A DNA stretch of 64,000 nt from positions 58,240 through 122,239 of the forward strand of contig CACBQR010000001.1 in the NCBI GenBank assembly GCA_902541435.1, read 5' to 3'. Below the pieces are notes generated by a model. That model saw only the letters and a list, made by a program, of their open reading frames with translations, ran no database searches and was not told the DNA's origin. Numbering within the stretch: the stretch's first letter is position 1; every line of letters starts with the position of its first letter. This DNA comes from an uncultured Alphaproteobacteria bacterium. Lineage in GTDB: Bacteria; Pseudomonadota; Alphaproteobacteria; HIMB59; GCA-002718135. The position numbers and the translations under genes are program-made. This document shows, in pieces, positions 34,469-43,702 of this stretch.

Positions 34469-35647
34469 TTATTGACTTTTTTCTAGAACTCCTGCTACTT
34501 TATTTTGTTTCATAAGAAATGTCATTAGAATTGAAATTATAAAAAATAAAATACAAAATGCATAAACATTAAATGTAAGCCCGTTTACTGAGGCAGAGTA
34601 TCCAATTATTGCTGGTCCAAAAACAAACCCTGATTGTCCTAAGCTAGTAACATGTGAAATTGTTATTGGAATTGGTTTATGTGATGTCCTCACTGACTCT
34701 CTAATTATAATTGGCATAAAATTTGAGCTAAGAAAACCAAAAAGAGCAACACCAAAAAATATTATATAAACATTCATCGTTAAAGTTGATAAAAATAAGA
34801 TTACAGAGCCTAAAACGGAAAAAAGTGGGCCAACAAATATTTCATTTAAAATTTTTATAAGGAAAGGTGCTATTATGTTACTGATTATTGCTCCAAAGTT
34901 GAAAAAGAATACAATAGAACCAGCAAGAAATAAACTTGAATTTAAATCTTCTAACAACCAGGCAGAAGACCACACCATAATTATGCCCATTGAAGCAGTC
35001 TGGAACATATTTATTATTCCAAATAAAAAAGTTTTAGGTGAGGGTAAGGAAAATTTAGCTGCGTTGTTAGGAACGTCATATTTTCTATTAAGACCATAAA
35101 TATGTAAAAATACTAAAGCAGATAATGCTATAATACCTAAAACTAAAAAGTAATTAAAAGGGTCAAAATTGTATCCCAGGGAAATAGTAGACAAGGCAGC
35201 TGCACCTATTGATCCAAAAGCCCAAGAAGTTTTAAATATTGGTGTTAATATCTTTTTGGTTTTATTTTCAATTATTGTTACTTGAGTTAATACACAAGGA
35301 GCCTGAATTCCCATACCAATTCCGAATATTGCATAACTTAATATTAAAAAATAATAAGTTTCAAAATAAAAAACTGGCAATGGAACAAAGGAAATAATAA
35401 TTCTAGAAATTTTTAAACAATTAGTGGTTCCAATTTTTGGTACTAAAAATCTTGAGGAAAGTAAATTAGACAAGATTACAAATACCCCAAAAAAAGTAAC
35501 AGCAAATCCAAGTTCATCTTTAGATATTTTTAAGAGATCAAGTACAATTGGAGTATAAATCATAAAAGAACTTATTAAAAAAAAAGTGATGAATCCTACT
35601 GAGTAGGTTGCATAAAATGATTTTAATAATTGTTCATTTTCTGACAT
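34469..35647 (-). CDS. MFS transporter, paralog A
   Basis: About 12 TM helices. Shares PKIGTTNCL and GPAIIGYSA...GLTFNVYA motifs with 35667..36821 and 43703..44842. Confidence 0.75.
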   Translation of the reverse strand: MSENEQLLKSFYATYSVGFITFFLISSFMIYTPIVLDLLKISKDELGFAVTFFGVFVILSNLLSSRFLVPKIGTTNCLKISRIIISFVPLPVFYFETYYFLILSYAIFGIGMGIQAPCVLTQVTIIENKTKKILTPIFKTSWAFGSIGAAALSTISLGYNFDPFNYFLVLGIIALSALVFLHIYGLNRKYDVPNNAAKFSLPSPKTFLFGIINMFQTASMGIIMVWSSAWLLEDLNSSLFLAGSIVFFFNFGAIISNIIAPFLIKILNEIFVGPLFSVLGSVILFLSTLTMNVYIIFFGVALFGFLSSNFMPIIIRESVRTSHKPIPITISHVTSLGQSGFVFGPAIIGYSASVNGLTFNVYAFCILFFIISILMTFLMKQNKVAGVLEKSQ

Positions 35648-35666
35648 ATAATTATTATTATTATTA

Positions 35667-36821
35667 TTAAGTTACTTCTGTTCTCATTAGAGATACAGTT
35701 AAAATTGATATTGAAATAAAAACGAAACACAAAGCATACATGTTAAATGTTAATCCAAGTTTTTCTGCAGAAAAACCTACTATTGCGGGTCCAAAAACTA
35801 AACCAGAAAAACCAATACTAGATATATGAGATATAGTTTTAGGGATTGAATCTTTGGAATATTTGATTGCTTGCCTAAAAATAATTGGCTGCATATTAGA
35901 GCACGAAAAACCAAATATTATCATGCCGATCAAAATGATGTAAATATTTTGAGAAACTATTGTAAAAATTAATACTACTGATCCAATTATGGTAAAATAT
36001 GGACCTACAAATTTTTCATTAAAAATTTTAATAAGCCTTGAAGCCATTATGTTTGCAGATATTTCACCGATATTAAAAAATAGCAAAACAAAACCAGCTA
36101 AATAAACTGGTCCCAATAAATCATTAATAAACCATAGAGAAGACCAATTGAGAATTATACCGATCGATGCAAAAATCATCATGTTAACTAAAGCGTACAA
36201 AAAAATAGTTTTAGATGGTAAAGAGAAACTTGGTGCTTTATCTACATAATCAAGTTTTTTTGGTAAACCAAAAAAAAACATAGAAATAGAAGATAGAAAA
36301 ATAAAAACTCCAATAAGAGCAAATAATAATTTCGGATCAACTTTAAGCCCAAAACAAAAGCTTGCTAGTAATGCTCCAAATATAGATCCTACTGAAAAAC
36401 AAGATTTAAAAATTGGATTTAATATTTTTTTAGTTTTTGATTCTAATATAGCAATTTGTGTAAAAAGACTTGGAGCCTGGATGCCCACCACTGCTCCCCA
36501 AAAAATACTTAATAGAATATACACCTCGTACTTAGGTATATAAAAAATTAGAAATGGAATAAATGCATACGATAATCTTGCAATTATCAAACAATTGGTT
36601 GTTCCAATCTTAGGAAGTAAAAATCTTGTTGCTATTTGATTGATAATAATATTTGTGATTCCAAATACTGTTATACCTAAAGCAAATTCAGTTTCGGTAA
36701 TTTTTAAACTTTCTAAAACTATTGGCGTATAAACAAAATAGGTACTTATTAAAAACATCACTATTGCACCCTGAGAATAAGCGGCGAGGAAAAATTTGTT
36801 ATAATTTATTTCTTGAGTCAT
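35667..36821 (-). CDS. MFS transporter, paralog B (tandem with A)
   Basis: About 12 TM helices, with PKIGTTNCL and GPAIVGFSAEKLGLTFNMYA. Confidence 0.75.
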   Translation of the reverse strand: MTQEINYNKFFLAAYSQGAIVMFLISTYFVYTPIVLESLKITETEFALGITVFGITNIIINQIATRFLLPKIGTTNCLIIARLSYAFIPFLIFYIPKYEVYILLSIFWGAVVGIQAPSLFTQIAILESKTKKILNPIFKSCFSVGSIFGALLASFCFGLKVDPKLLFALIGVFIFLSSISMFFFGLPKKLDYVDKAPSFSLPSKTIFLYALVNMMIFASIGIILNWSSLWFINDLLGPVYLAGFVLLFFNIGEISANIMASRLIKIFNEKFVGPYFTIIGSVVLIFTIVSQNIYIILIGMIIFGFSCSNMQPIIFRQAIKYSKDSIPKTISHISSIGFSGLVFGPAIVGFSAEKLGLTFNMYALCFVFISISILTVSLMRTEVT

Positions 36822-37009
36822 TTAATTTGTATGGATTATTAACATCAATGTAAGTAATTACTAATTTATCATGAATTAAATATTAAATATTAATAGCTAT
36901 TTGGATTATTCAATGTTTTAGGATTTTATTAATGTATTTTTTATATTTACTGTCAATCTCCAGTAGAGAAATCAAATATAATAATCATAATCGTCTTAAT
37001 AATATTCAT

Positions 37010-37046
37010 ACCAACTAAGTAGATTGTTAAGGACTCTGCTATATAA
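37010..37046 (+). promoter_or_regulatory. Repeated 37/38-bp promoter-like element, copy A
   Basis: ACCAACTAAGTAGATTGTTAAGGACTCTGCTATATAA differs from 39164..39201 by 1 mismatch and 1 indel. It ends in a CTATATAA -10-like box. Confidence 0.45.
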
Positions 37047-37072
37047 TTAGCGTATAGGTCAACTGGGTGAGT

Positions 37073-37100
37073 GGTAAGGCCTATAGCTTACCCTTTTTCT
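37073..37100 (+). terminator. Candidate plus-strand intrinsic terminator in an intergenic region
   Basis: GGTAAG-GCCTATAG-CTTACC followed by CTTTTTCT. No plus-strand gene lies upstream for 2.6 kb. Confidence 0.35.
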
Positions 37101-37515
37101 AATTTGTTTGAGGCTCAACTGTTATGAATTTTTTATTAATCCAAGAGTTGATTCCACTTTGTGCATTGTAAATAATAGTATTAAATTTCTCATCTATCAT
37201 ATTAGCGACTATCTTAGATCTTTTTCCTGATCTACAAATTAAGATTATTGGATCAGTTACACTTATTTCTAGTTGTAATTTTTCGAACCATTCATCAAAA
37301 TTATAATTCCCCTCATCATCGAAAAAAGTTAGTAAAATACTTTTTGGAATAACGCCGGTTTGAACCCACTCTGCACTTCTTCTTACATCTACAATTGGAA
37401 TATTAAGATTTGATAATTTTATCATTTCTTGATCATTAACATCTATAACTTCTGCAAATGCAAATTTAACAGTCAATAAACCAACTATAATCTTTATATA
37501 AAATCTAATATTCAT
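37099..37515 (-). CDS. Exported single-domain rhodanese (sulfurtransferase)-like protein
   Basis: Signal-peptide-like N-terminus and the active-site loop CRSGKRS. Confidence 0.8.
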   Translation of the reverse strand: MNIRFYIKIIVGLLTVKFAFAEVIDVNDQEMIKLSNLNIPIVDVRRSAEWVQTGVIPKSILLTFFDDEGNYNFDEWFEKLQLEISVTDPIILICRSGKRSKIVANMIDEKFNTIIYNAQSGINSWINKKFITVEPQTN

Positions 37516-37615
37516 TAATTTTCTTCACAAAAAGTTTGGTAGTTATTTAAAAGAATTAGTCGTGTTCTCCACCAGGGTCATTTTTTGGCAGTTTAACTTT
37601 ATAGGGATTGCCATT

Positions 37616-37927
37616 TTATTTAGTTATTTCTGAAAAAGTGATTTCGAGACCTTTGTCGGTAAGAAGATTTTCTATCTTCTTTAAAAAATTATCGTCTTCT
37701 TCACCACTTTCTCTTTTAGCTATATATTTATCCCAATCATCCATACTACTCCATTCCTCGGTTAAAAGTAAAACATTTTTATTTTCTGTATCTATGGATC
37801 TAATAATACTTTTGCACCCTTCTTGCGATAAAGTGTAAGCTCTTCCATTTGGTAAGTTATGTAAATTTATATATTCATCCATTTTACCTTCTTTAATATG
37901 AACTTTGATCCAAACCATTAATGACAT
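37616..37927 (-). CDS. ABM (antibiotic biosynthesis monooxygenase)-like small alpha+beta protein
   Basis: 103 aa, with the pattern WIKVHIKEGKMDEY...LLLTEEWSSMDDWDKYIAKR. Confidence 0.55.
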   Translation of the reverse strand: MSLMVWIKVHIKEGKMDEYINLHNLPNGRAYTLSQEGCKSIIRSIDTENKNVLLLTEEWSSMDDWDKYIAKRESGEEDDNFLKKIENLLTDKGLEITFSEITK

Positions 37928-37961
37928 TTTATAACTCCTTTATAATTTTTTATTTAAAGTT

Positions 37962-38264
37962 TTAGTAATTTTCAACTATACTGTAGCTGTTTTCTTGAAC
38001 TATTTCACCTAGCTTACTTCCATCATTAATCATAAGTTTTAAGTCTGAATGACTTCTAACTAAGTCTCTCGTTTTGCCTAAATGTTCAAAATTATCAAAA
38101 TTACAATTAAAAGAAATATGACCCCACATATTTCCAGACATAATTGCTATTGTGCATTTGTTAGCACCTTGATCTTTCCATAACTTTGCAAATTTTTTAA
38201 CATTTTCCATTGCCTGATCGTTTTGACCAGGGAAAGGTTTCATAATCCATTGTATTCTAACCAT
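37962..38264 (-). CDS. Hypothetical small protein (100 aa)
   Basis: ORF preceded by an AGAAAGGAGAAAT SD. No family recognised. Confidence 0.5.
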   Translation of the reverse strand: MVRIQWIMKPFPGQNDQAMENVKKFAKLWKDQGANKCTIAIMSGNMWGHISFNCNFDNFEHLGKTRDLVRSHSDLKLMINDGSKLGEIVQENSYSIVENY

Positions 38265-38284
38265 ATTTCTCCTTTCTAAATAAT

Positions 38285-38767
38285 TTAGTTTGGCATTTCT
38301 ATTGACGTAACAAAGTTTAAGGTATCACCACCCATAAATTGAACACCATTTAAATAGCTACCTCCACCAGTCACACCTTCAAACTTACCTGTTCCCGAAA
38401 TAAATGTCCAATCTCCTCCACCTTTAGCGGGTTCCCAATTTCCACTTGTCAGAAAAAGATCACCATCAGTATCATGAACTGTACACATAAAAAATCCTGC
38501 TAGAGGAATGCCATCTTTATTTGCAATACCTTTACCCTTACAGTCTGCCATAACTTCTTTAGGCCACCCTTCAGGAGCATCATCATAAATCCAAAAAGAA
38601 TCATTGCTCCAGTTCCAAATTTGAGCTTCACTAGCTGTTACTATCGGTGCTTCAAAGCCACTTGTATTATATGCGGTTCCAGTAAATTCATATTTTTCAC
38701 CAGCAAATGCAGAGCCAAACATTAAAAAAATGGAAGACATCAAGATTAGTAAAAATTTATTTTTCAT
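38285..38767 (-). CDS. Hypothetical exported protein (160 aa)
   Basis: Signal peptide MKNKFLLILMSSIFLMFGSAFA. Confidence 0.55.
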   Translation of the reverse strand: MKNKFLLILMSSIFLMFGSAFAGEKYEFTGTAYNTSGFEAPIVTASEAQIWNWSNDSFWIYDDAPEGWPKEVMADCKGKGIANKDGIPLAGFFMCTVHDTDGDLFLTSGNWEPAKGGGDWTFISGTGKFEGVTGGGSYLNGVQFMGGDTLNFVTSIEMPN

Positions 38768-38844
38768 ATTATTCCTCTTTTGTTTATATATTTTGATATA
38801 TTTTTATTTAGGTATTAAAATTTCACAGTTCAATAATAATTTCA

Positions 38845-39123
38845 TTACAGAACTTTTAATAAATCCTCATCATCAATCATTGCTTCAACTTGAGGAAAAG
38901 TACACATTGGTGCCCAACTCATCATAAAGCCGTGAAGTTTTTCATGACTTTCTGCATCTACAATTACATAACCATAGCCACTTGCTGAATTATGAACTCT
39001 AGCTATTTTAGTTACTCCTTCAGGAAATTCAGCATCTCTTTCTTCTTGAGTCATATTTTTAAATAACTCTTGTGCAGCTAATTTCTTATCTTCATATACA
39101 ACATACTTTAAGTGATATAACAT
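38845..39123 (-). CDS. Small alpha+beta protein, possibly DUF3303-like
   Basis: 92 aa. The family assignment is a recollection-based guess. Confidence 0.45.
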   Translation of the reverse strand: MLYHLKYVVYEDKKLAAQELFKNMTQEERDAEFPEGVTKIARVHNSASGYGYVIVDAESHEKLHGFMMSWAPMCTFPQVEAMIDDEDLLKVL

Positions 39124-39163
39124 TTTTTATCCTTTCAATTTAATTATCAAAGATTAACTTAAC

Positions 39164-39201
39164 ACCAACTAAGAAGATTGTTAATGGACTCTGCTATATA
39201 A
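39164..39201 (+). promoter_or_regulatory. Repeated promoter-like element, copy B (upstream of SnoaL-like gene)
   Basis: ACCAACTAAGAAGATTGTTAATGGACTCTGCTATATAA, about 97 nt upstream of the ATG at 39298. Confidence 0.45.
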
Positions 39202-39297
39202 ATATATCATGTCTATATTGCTTCCAAAGCATTTATCTAAGAGTAAAAAATATGTAACAAAAAGGTGTTAAAGTTATTGCAAAAGAAAGGAAAAATT

Positions 39298-39666
39298 ATG
39301 GACTCAAAAGCATTAGTAGAACAATGTTACGATCTTTTTGGAAAAGGTGACATGGAAGGTTTTATGAATATAGTACATGACGATTTTATTTGGGTATATC
39401 CAGGTGATAAGCATCCATTTTCTGGAACTCATAATAAAGAGGGTTTTCAACAACAATTAATGAAAACTCCTGAACTCTGGACCAATTTTAAAGTTACGAT
39501 AGAATCAATGATCAGCGAAGGTGATAAAGTTTTTGTAAATGCAAAAGCAACTGCTGAAGGCATGGATACAATTTTTGGACACTACATGGAAGTAAAAGAT
39601 GATAAGTTGTCAAAGTTTATCGCTTATGATGATACTTTAAGTATGTTTAATGCAATGAAAAAATAG
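39298..39666 (+). CDS. SnoaL-like / NTF2-fold protein
   Basis: MDSKALVEQCYDLFGKGDMEGFMNIVHDDFIWVYPG pattern. The ATG at 39298 has an AAAGGAAAAATT SD; the listed ORF starts at a GTG at 39265. Confidence 0.65.
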   Translation: MDSKALVEQCYDLFGKGDMEGFMNIVHDDFIWVYPGDKHPFSGTHNKEGFQQQLMKTPELWTNFKVTIESMISEGDKVFVNAKATAEGMDTIFGHYMEVKDDKLSKFIAYDDTLSMFNAMKK

Positions 39667-39715
39667 ATTTTACAAAAAATTCATTAGAGGGGATTAACTC
39701 CCCCTCAAATATATT

Positions 39716-39991
39716 ATGAAAATTATTTCACACGCAAAACTAACTAAAGGTTATGAGCATTGGAAACAAGCGTTTGATGAAAACGAAAGTTTAAGACAAG
39801 AATATGGGGTTACTGTACTAGCTTATGGACATCCCAAAGATAACAAAGATGAAATATATACTGTTCTTCAGGTTGAGTCTATGGAGCGAATGCAAGAAAT
39901 GCTCAATTTACCTTCAATGGTAAAATTAAGAACAGAAGCAGGAGTAAATCTTGAAACTCAAACATTCATTATGTTAAAAGGTGGAAATTAA
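39716..39991 (+). CDS. Small conserved protein, paralog 1 of a pair (91 aa)
   Basis: About 50% identical by eye to the 41677..41946 product (VLAYGHPKD, KLRT(E/D)AGV). Confidence 0.55.
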   Translation: MKIISHAKLTKGYEHWKQAFDENESLRQEYGVTVLAYGHPKDNKDEIYTVLQVESMERMQEMLNLPSMVKLRTEAGVNLETQTFIMLKGGN

Positions 39992-40000
39992 TATTATAAT

Positions 40001-40390
40001 ATGTCTAATCCTTTTATTTTAATAGCGAGAATACGTGTAAAAGAAGGTAAGGTTGAAGAGTATCTTAAAATAGCAAAAGAAGCGGATGATGCTGTTAATG
40101 CATCAGAACCAGATATGCTAATCCATACATTTGATCAAGATCCAACAGATCCATTAGAATTTACCTGGAGTGAAGTCTACCGTACAAGTGAGGCAATGGT
40201 TCATCACATTAACAACCCTCCTGTTGTAGCTTATGTAGAAAAACATCAAGAAATAGCAGATAAATTTGAAATAGAAGTTTATGGTAATATTACTAATGAA
40301 ACAATCAAAGCAATTGAAGCTTTAAATGTCCCTTTCAAGCACTTTAAAACAACAGAAGTTGGTTACATAAGAAAAGAAAAATTTATTTAA
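40001..40390 (+). CDS. ABM-domain (putative quinol monooxygenase-like) protein
   Basis: ILIARIRVKEGKVEEYLKIAKE...FTWSEVYRTSEAMVHHINNP pattern. 129 aa. Confidence 0.6.
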   Translation: MSNPFILIARIRVKEGKVEEYLKIAKEADDAVNASEPDMLIHTFDQDPTDPLEFTWSEVYRTSEAMVHHINNPPVVAYVEKHQEIADKFEIEVYGNITNETIKAIEALNVPFKHFKTTEVGYIRKEKFI

Positions 40391-40395
40391 TTTAA

Positions 40396-40424
40396 TGAAA
40401 AAAAGCACTCTAGTTTGAGTGCTT
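40396..40424 (-). terminator. Intrinsic terminator after the GYD gene
   Basis: On the minus strand: AAGCACTC-AAACTA-GAGTGCTT followed by a T7 run. Lies between convergent genes. Confidence 0.6.
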
Positions 40425-40430
40425 CTTAAA

Positions 40431-40748
40431 TTAAGAAGTAGGAGGAGAAAAATCTACTTTATTTCCCATTTCTCTTACTTTGTTTAAATCCACTGACTCT
40501 AAAGTTACTGCTTCAACAAGAGTACCTGCCGCTTTAGCTTTTAAGGCACATGCAGCCATACTTTCAAATGACTCTGCCTCTGCAATCATGACAAAATCAT
40601 ACTGACCTCTTGTTATATGATAATCAATTAATTTACCTCCAACACTGCTAACCATTTTTTCCATAGCTGCTTTTCTGTCTGAGTCTCCATTAATGATACC
40701 ATCTGCACCTTTTTGGGAATAAATACCAAGTGATACAAAAATTGACAT
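40431..40748 (-). CDS. GYD-domain protein
   Basis: 105 aa with RGQYDFVMIAEAES, the characteristic G-Y-D core. Confidence 0.65.
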   Translation of the reverse strand: MSIFVSLGIYSQKGADGIINGDSDRKAAMEKMVSSVGGKLIDYHITRGQYDFVMIAEAESFESMAACALKAKAAGTLVEAVTLESVDLNKVREMGNKVDFSPPTS

Positions 40749-40981
40749 TTAACATCCTCCTTTCAATTTAATTATAAATTAATATAGAATTTTTTATTAA
40801 AATTTTATCAAGATCAACAATCTTTTTATTAATAAAACTAAAAGGTTTGAATAACTATTCGTCAATATTTATTATTTTTTATTAATAATATTTTTTGCTT
40901 AACTTAATTATTATTCAATAATAGAATATTCATAAAATTGTAAAATTTGATTTTTAAATTTTAAAAAACAAAAGGAGATTT

Positions 40982-41302
40982 ATGTTATTTGAAAAATTAC
41001 AAAAAGCATTTGAAGAAAAAGATGCAAAAGCTCACAGAGCTCTTTTCCATGAAGACCATGAATTTATTAGTCACAAGCAAAATAAAGTTTTTAAAAAAAG
41101 TGAAGGAAGTGAAGAACAAACATTAGAAATGTTTAATAATATTACCCAAGATAAAGTTCGTTGTATTTATGAAAATGATGAAATTTTAGTTACACATCGC
41201 TTTAATACTTATGCATCTGGCGATAAAGAAGCTTTAATGATGGTTGCATTAAAAAAAGATGGATTAATTTGGAGAACAGAGACTGGCGCTACAGAAATGT
41301 AA
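40982..41302 (+). CDS. Small NTF2-like (SnoaL_2/DUF4440-like) protein
   Basis: 106 aa. The pattern KAFEEKDAKAHRALFHEDHEF fits this fold; assignment is tentative. Confidence 0.45.
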   Translation: MLFEKLQKAFEEKDAKAHRALFHEDHEFISHKQNKVFKKSEGSEEQTLEMFNNITQDKVRCIYENDEILVTHRFNTYASGDKEALMMVALKKDGLIWRTETGATEM

Positions 41303-41327
41303 ATAAACTTATTTTTAAGGAGGATTT

Positions 41328-41651
41328 ATGAAAAAAGGATATTGGGTAGGACAAGTAAAAGAAATTAAAAATGAAGAAAAATGGGGTCAATATTTAGAAA
41401 AATTTATGAATATTGTTGCTGAGGAGGCAGAAAAGAAATCAGGAAATTTTGTTCCTACTGCTAGCAGTGAACCAAAGTTCTATATTCAAAAGAATTTTGA
41501 TTTATTATATTCAGCAGTTGTTGAATTTAATAGCGTACAAGATGCAATAGATGGGTACAATGATCCTCGTTATCAAGAAGCTTTGGCACATTTAGGCGAA
41601 AATAAAGAGGATGTTGTTGTGAGAAATTTGGTAATTATAGAAGCAAATTAA
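41328..41651 (+). CDS. DUF1330-family protein
   Basis: MKKGYWVGQVKEIKNEEKW...VVEFNSVQDAIDGYNDPRYQEA matches the DUF1330 pattern. Confidence 0.65.
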   Translation: MKKGYWVGQVKEIKNEEKWGQYLEKFMNIVAEEAEKKSGNFVPTASSEPKFYIQKNFDLLYSAVVEFNSVQDAIDGYNDPRYQEALAHLGENKEDVVVRNLVIIEAN

Positions 41652-41676
41652 ATAAATAGAAAAAAAAGGAAGTATT

Positions 41677-41946
41677 ATGAAAATTATTATGAATGTTAGA
41701 TTAAAAGAAGGTTATGAAAAATGGAAAAATCTTTTTCTCAGTGTTGATACTCATAGAGAAAAATATGGAATAAAAGTTTTAGCATATGGCCACCCTAAAG
41801 ATGATGAAACTAAAATTTATCAAGTATTAGAGATTGAATCGATGGAAAAAATGCAAGCAGCAATGCAAGATCCAGAATTAGCAAAACTTAGAACTGATGC
41901 TGGTGTTGATTTAGATAGCCAAGAATTAGTTTTCTTGGTCGAGTAG
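41677..41946 (+). CDS. Small conserved protein, paralog 2 of a pair (89 aa)
   Basis: Paralogous to the 39716..39991 product. Confidence 0.55.
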   Translation: MKIIMNVRLKEGYEKWKNLFLSVDTHREKYGIKVLAYGHPKDDETKIYQVLEIESMEKMQAAMQDPELAKLRTDAGVDLDSQELVFLVE

Positions 41947-42050
41947 ATAAATAAAAAATAAAACACTATATATTCCTGGGGTATAAAGCCCTCTCCACTG
42001 AGGGAGTTTTGCCCCATTAAGATCAATTGATTAGTATTTTCTTGAATAAA

Positions 42051-43658
42051 TTAGTGATTTGACCTCAATAATAAGTCTGTAGCTTTATCTGCTATTGCCA
42101 TAGCTGGAGCATTAGTATTAGCACCGACAATTGTTGGCATCATCGACACATCAAAAACTCTTAAATTTTTTATTCCTTTCACTTCTAATTTTGTATTGAG
42201 CACTGCCATTTCATCATTGTCCCTACCCATTTTGCATGTACCAACAGGGTGCCAATTTGTTTTAATCATTTTTTTTGAATAATTAATGATATCTTCATCT
42301 GAATTAATAGATCGACCAGGAACTGTTTCTTCCAAAACAATATCGGATAAAGGTTTTGTTTGAATTACCTTTCTTGCAAGCTTAACGGCATTTAACATAA
42401 CATTCATATCATCTTCATGACTTAAGAAATTTGGATCAATAAGAGGTAAATCTAATGGGTTGGAAGATTGAATTCTAACCTCACCTCGTGATTTTGGATT
42501 CATTAGACAAGATGTAAGAGTTAAACCGTGATCAGGTTTTATGCCTTTTGTATCTCTATCGGTATACATTATGGGCACGCAATACAGTTTAATTTTAGGA
42601 TCTTTTTTATCTTCTAAATTTTCTGGATTAAAAAAAGAGCAACTATCGACACCTTGTGATCGTACAGGTCCTGAATTAAATAATAAATACTGAATTCCAT
42701 TTTTTATCATTCGCCACCCTTCATCTTGTTTATAATAACTATAACCAGCTTTTACTCTCGAGATAACAGGAACTTCATGATGATCTTGCAAATTTTTACC
42801 TACACCTTTTAAATTTTCAATTACTGGAATATTAAATTGTTGTAATTGCTCTTCTTCCCCTATTCCAGAATGCATTAAAATTTTAGGTGTTATGTATGCT
42901 CCTGATGTTAAAATAATATCATTCGCAAAATATTTAGTTGGTTTACCATTTGATATACATTCAACACCAATTGCTTTTTTTTGATCAAGAATAACTTTTG
43001 TTACAATAGAACTAGTCTTAATTTCTAAATTTTTATTATTAGTTTTTGATTTTAAAAAGGCACTATACACATCACACCTTTTGCCATTACCAATGGTGTA
43101 TTGCATAGTTCCTACTCCATATTGATCACCATCATTGAAATCATCATTATAAGGCAAACCCATGGTTTGCATTGTTTTGATATATAAGTTTGTACCTTCT
43201 ACAATATAACCAGGATCAGAAACTTTTAAGTTACCTTTGTTTCCATGATATTCATTTTGAATACGTTGATTATCTTCAAGTTTAACAAAATGTTTAAGTA
43301 AAGAGTTCCAATTCCAATTACTATCTTCACTCTCCTCTTCCCATTTATCATAATCTGATGGTTTACCTCGCATATATACCATTCCATTTACTTTTGAGCC
43401 TCCTCCAAGTGTTTTGGCTTGTGCTATAAAATGCTGACGGTTATTTAATTGTTTTTGCGGAATAGACTCATAAAATTTTAAGAATGGACTATTTTCTAAA
43501 CCTTTAATCCAACCAGCTGGCATCGATAAAAGTAAATTATTTGATTTAATTCCTTCTTCTAAAATTAAAACAGAAGCACCGTGATCAATTAATTTTGTTG
43601 CTGTAATAATTCCTGACGTTCCACCACCAGCTATTATGAAATCATATATTTTTGTCAT
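42051..43658 (-). CDS. GMC-family FAD oxidoreductase (choline dehydrogenase-like)
   Basis: FAD motif DFIIAGGGTSG, GMC signature GGGSKVNGMVYMRG, and C-terminal NWHPVGTCKMG. Confidence 0.85.
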   Translation of the reverse strand: MTKIYDFIIAGGGTSGIITATKLIDHGASVLILEEGIKSNNLLLSMPAGWIKGLENSPFLKFYESIPQKQLNNRQHFIAQAKTLGGGSKVNGMVYMRGKPSDYDKWEEESEDSNWNWNSLLKHFVKLEDNQRIQNEYHGNKGNLKVSDPGYIVEGTNLYIKTMQTMGLPYNDDFNDGDQYGVGTMQYTIGNGKRCDVYSAFLKSKTNNKNLEIKTSSIVTKVILDQKKAIGVECISNGKPTKYFANDIILTSGAYITPKILMHSGIGEEEQLQQFNIPVIENLKGVGKNLQDHHEVPVISRVKAGYSYYKQDEGWRMIKNGIQYLLFNSGPVRSQGVDSCSFFNPENLEDKKDPKIKLYCVPIMYTDRDTKGIKPDHGLTLTSCLMNPKSRGEVRIQSSNPLDLPLIDPNFLSHEDDMNVMLNAVKLARKVIQTKPLSDIVLEETVPGRSINSDEDIINYSKKMIKTNWHPVGTCKMGRDNDEMAVLNTKLEVKGIKNLRVFDVSMMPTIVGANTNAPAMAIADKATDLLLRSNH

Positions 43659-43702
43659 TAATAATTTCTATAGAAATAGTAAATTCTTACAATAAAATAA
43701 AA

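Noticed and set aside
37050-37095. GAGTGGTAAGGC-containing patch resembling a class II tRNA D-arm (tRNA remnant?)
   Set aside because: Only about 12 nt resemble a D-arm. No acceptor, anticodon or T-arm can be built. It is treated instead as part of the terminator/sRNA candidate.
39131-39147. Identical 17-mer CCTTTCAATTTAATTAT immediately upstream of two minus-strand small genes (also at 40759..40775)
   Set aside because: It is short and AT-rich and includes the SD complement (GAAAGG). It is most likely a shared ribosome-binding context or chance, so it was not reported as an element.
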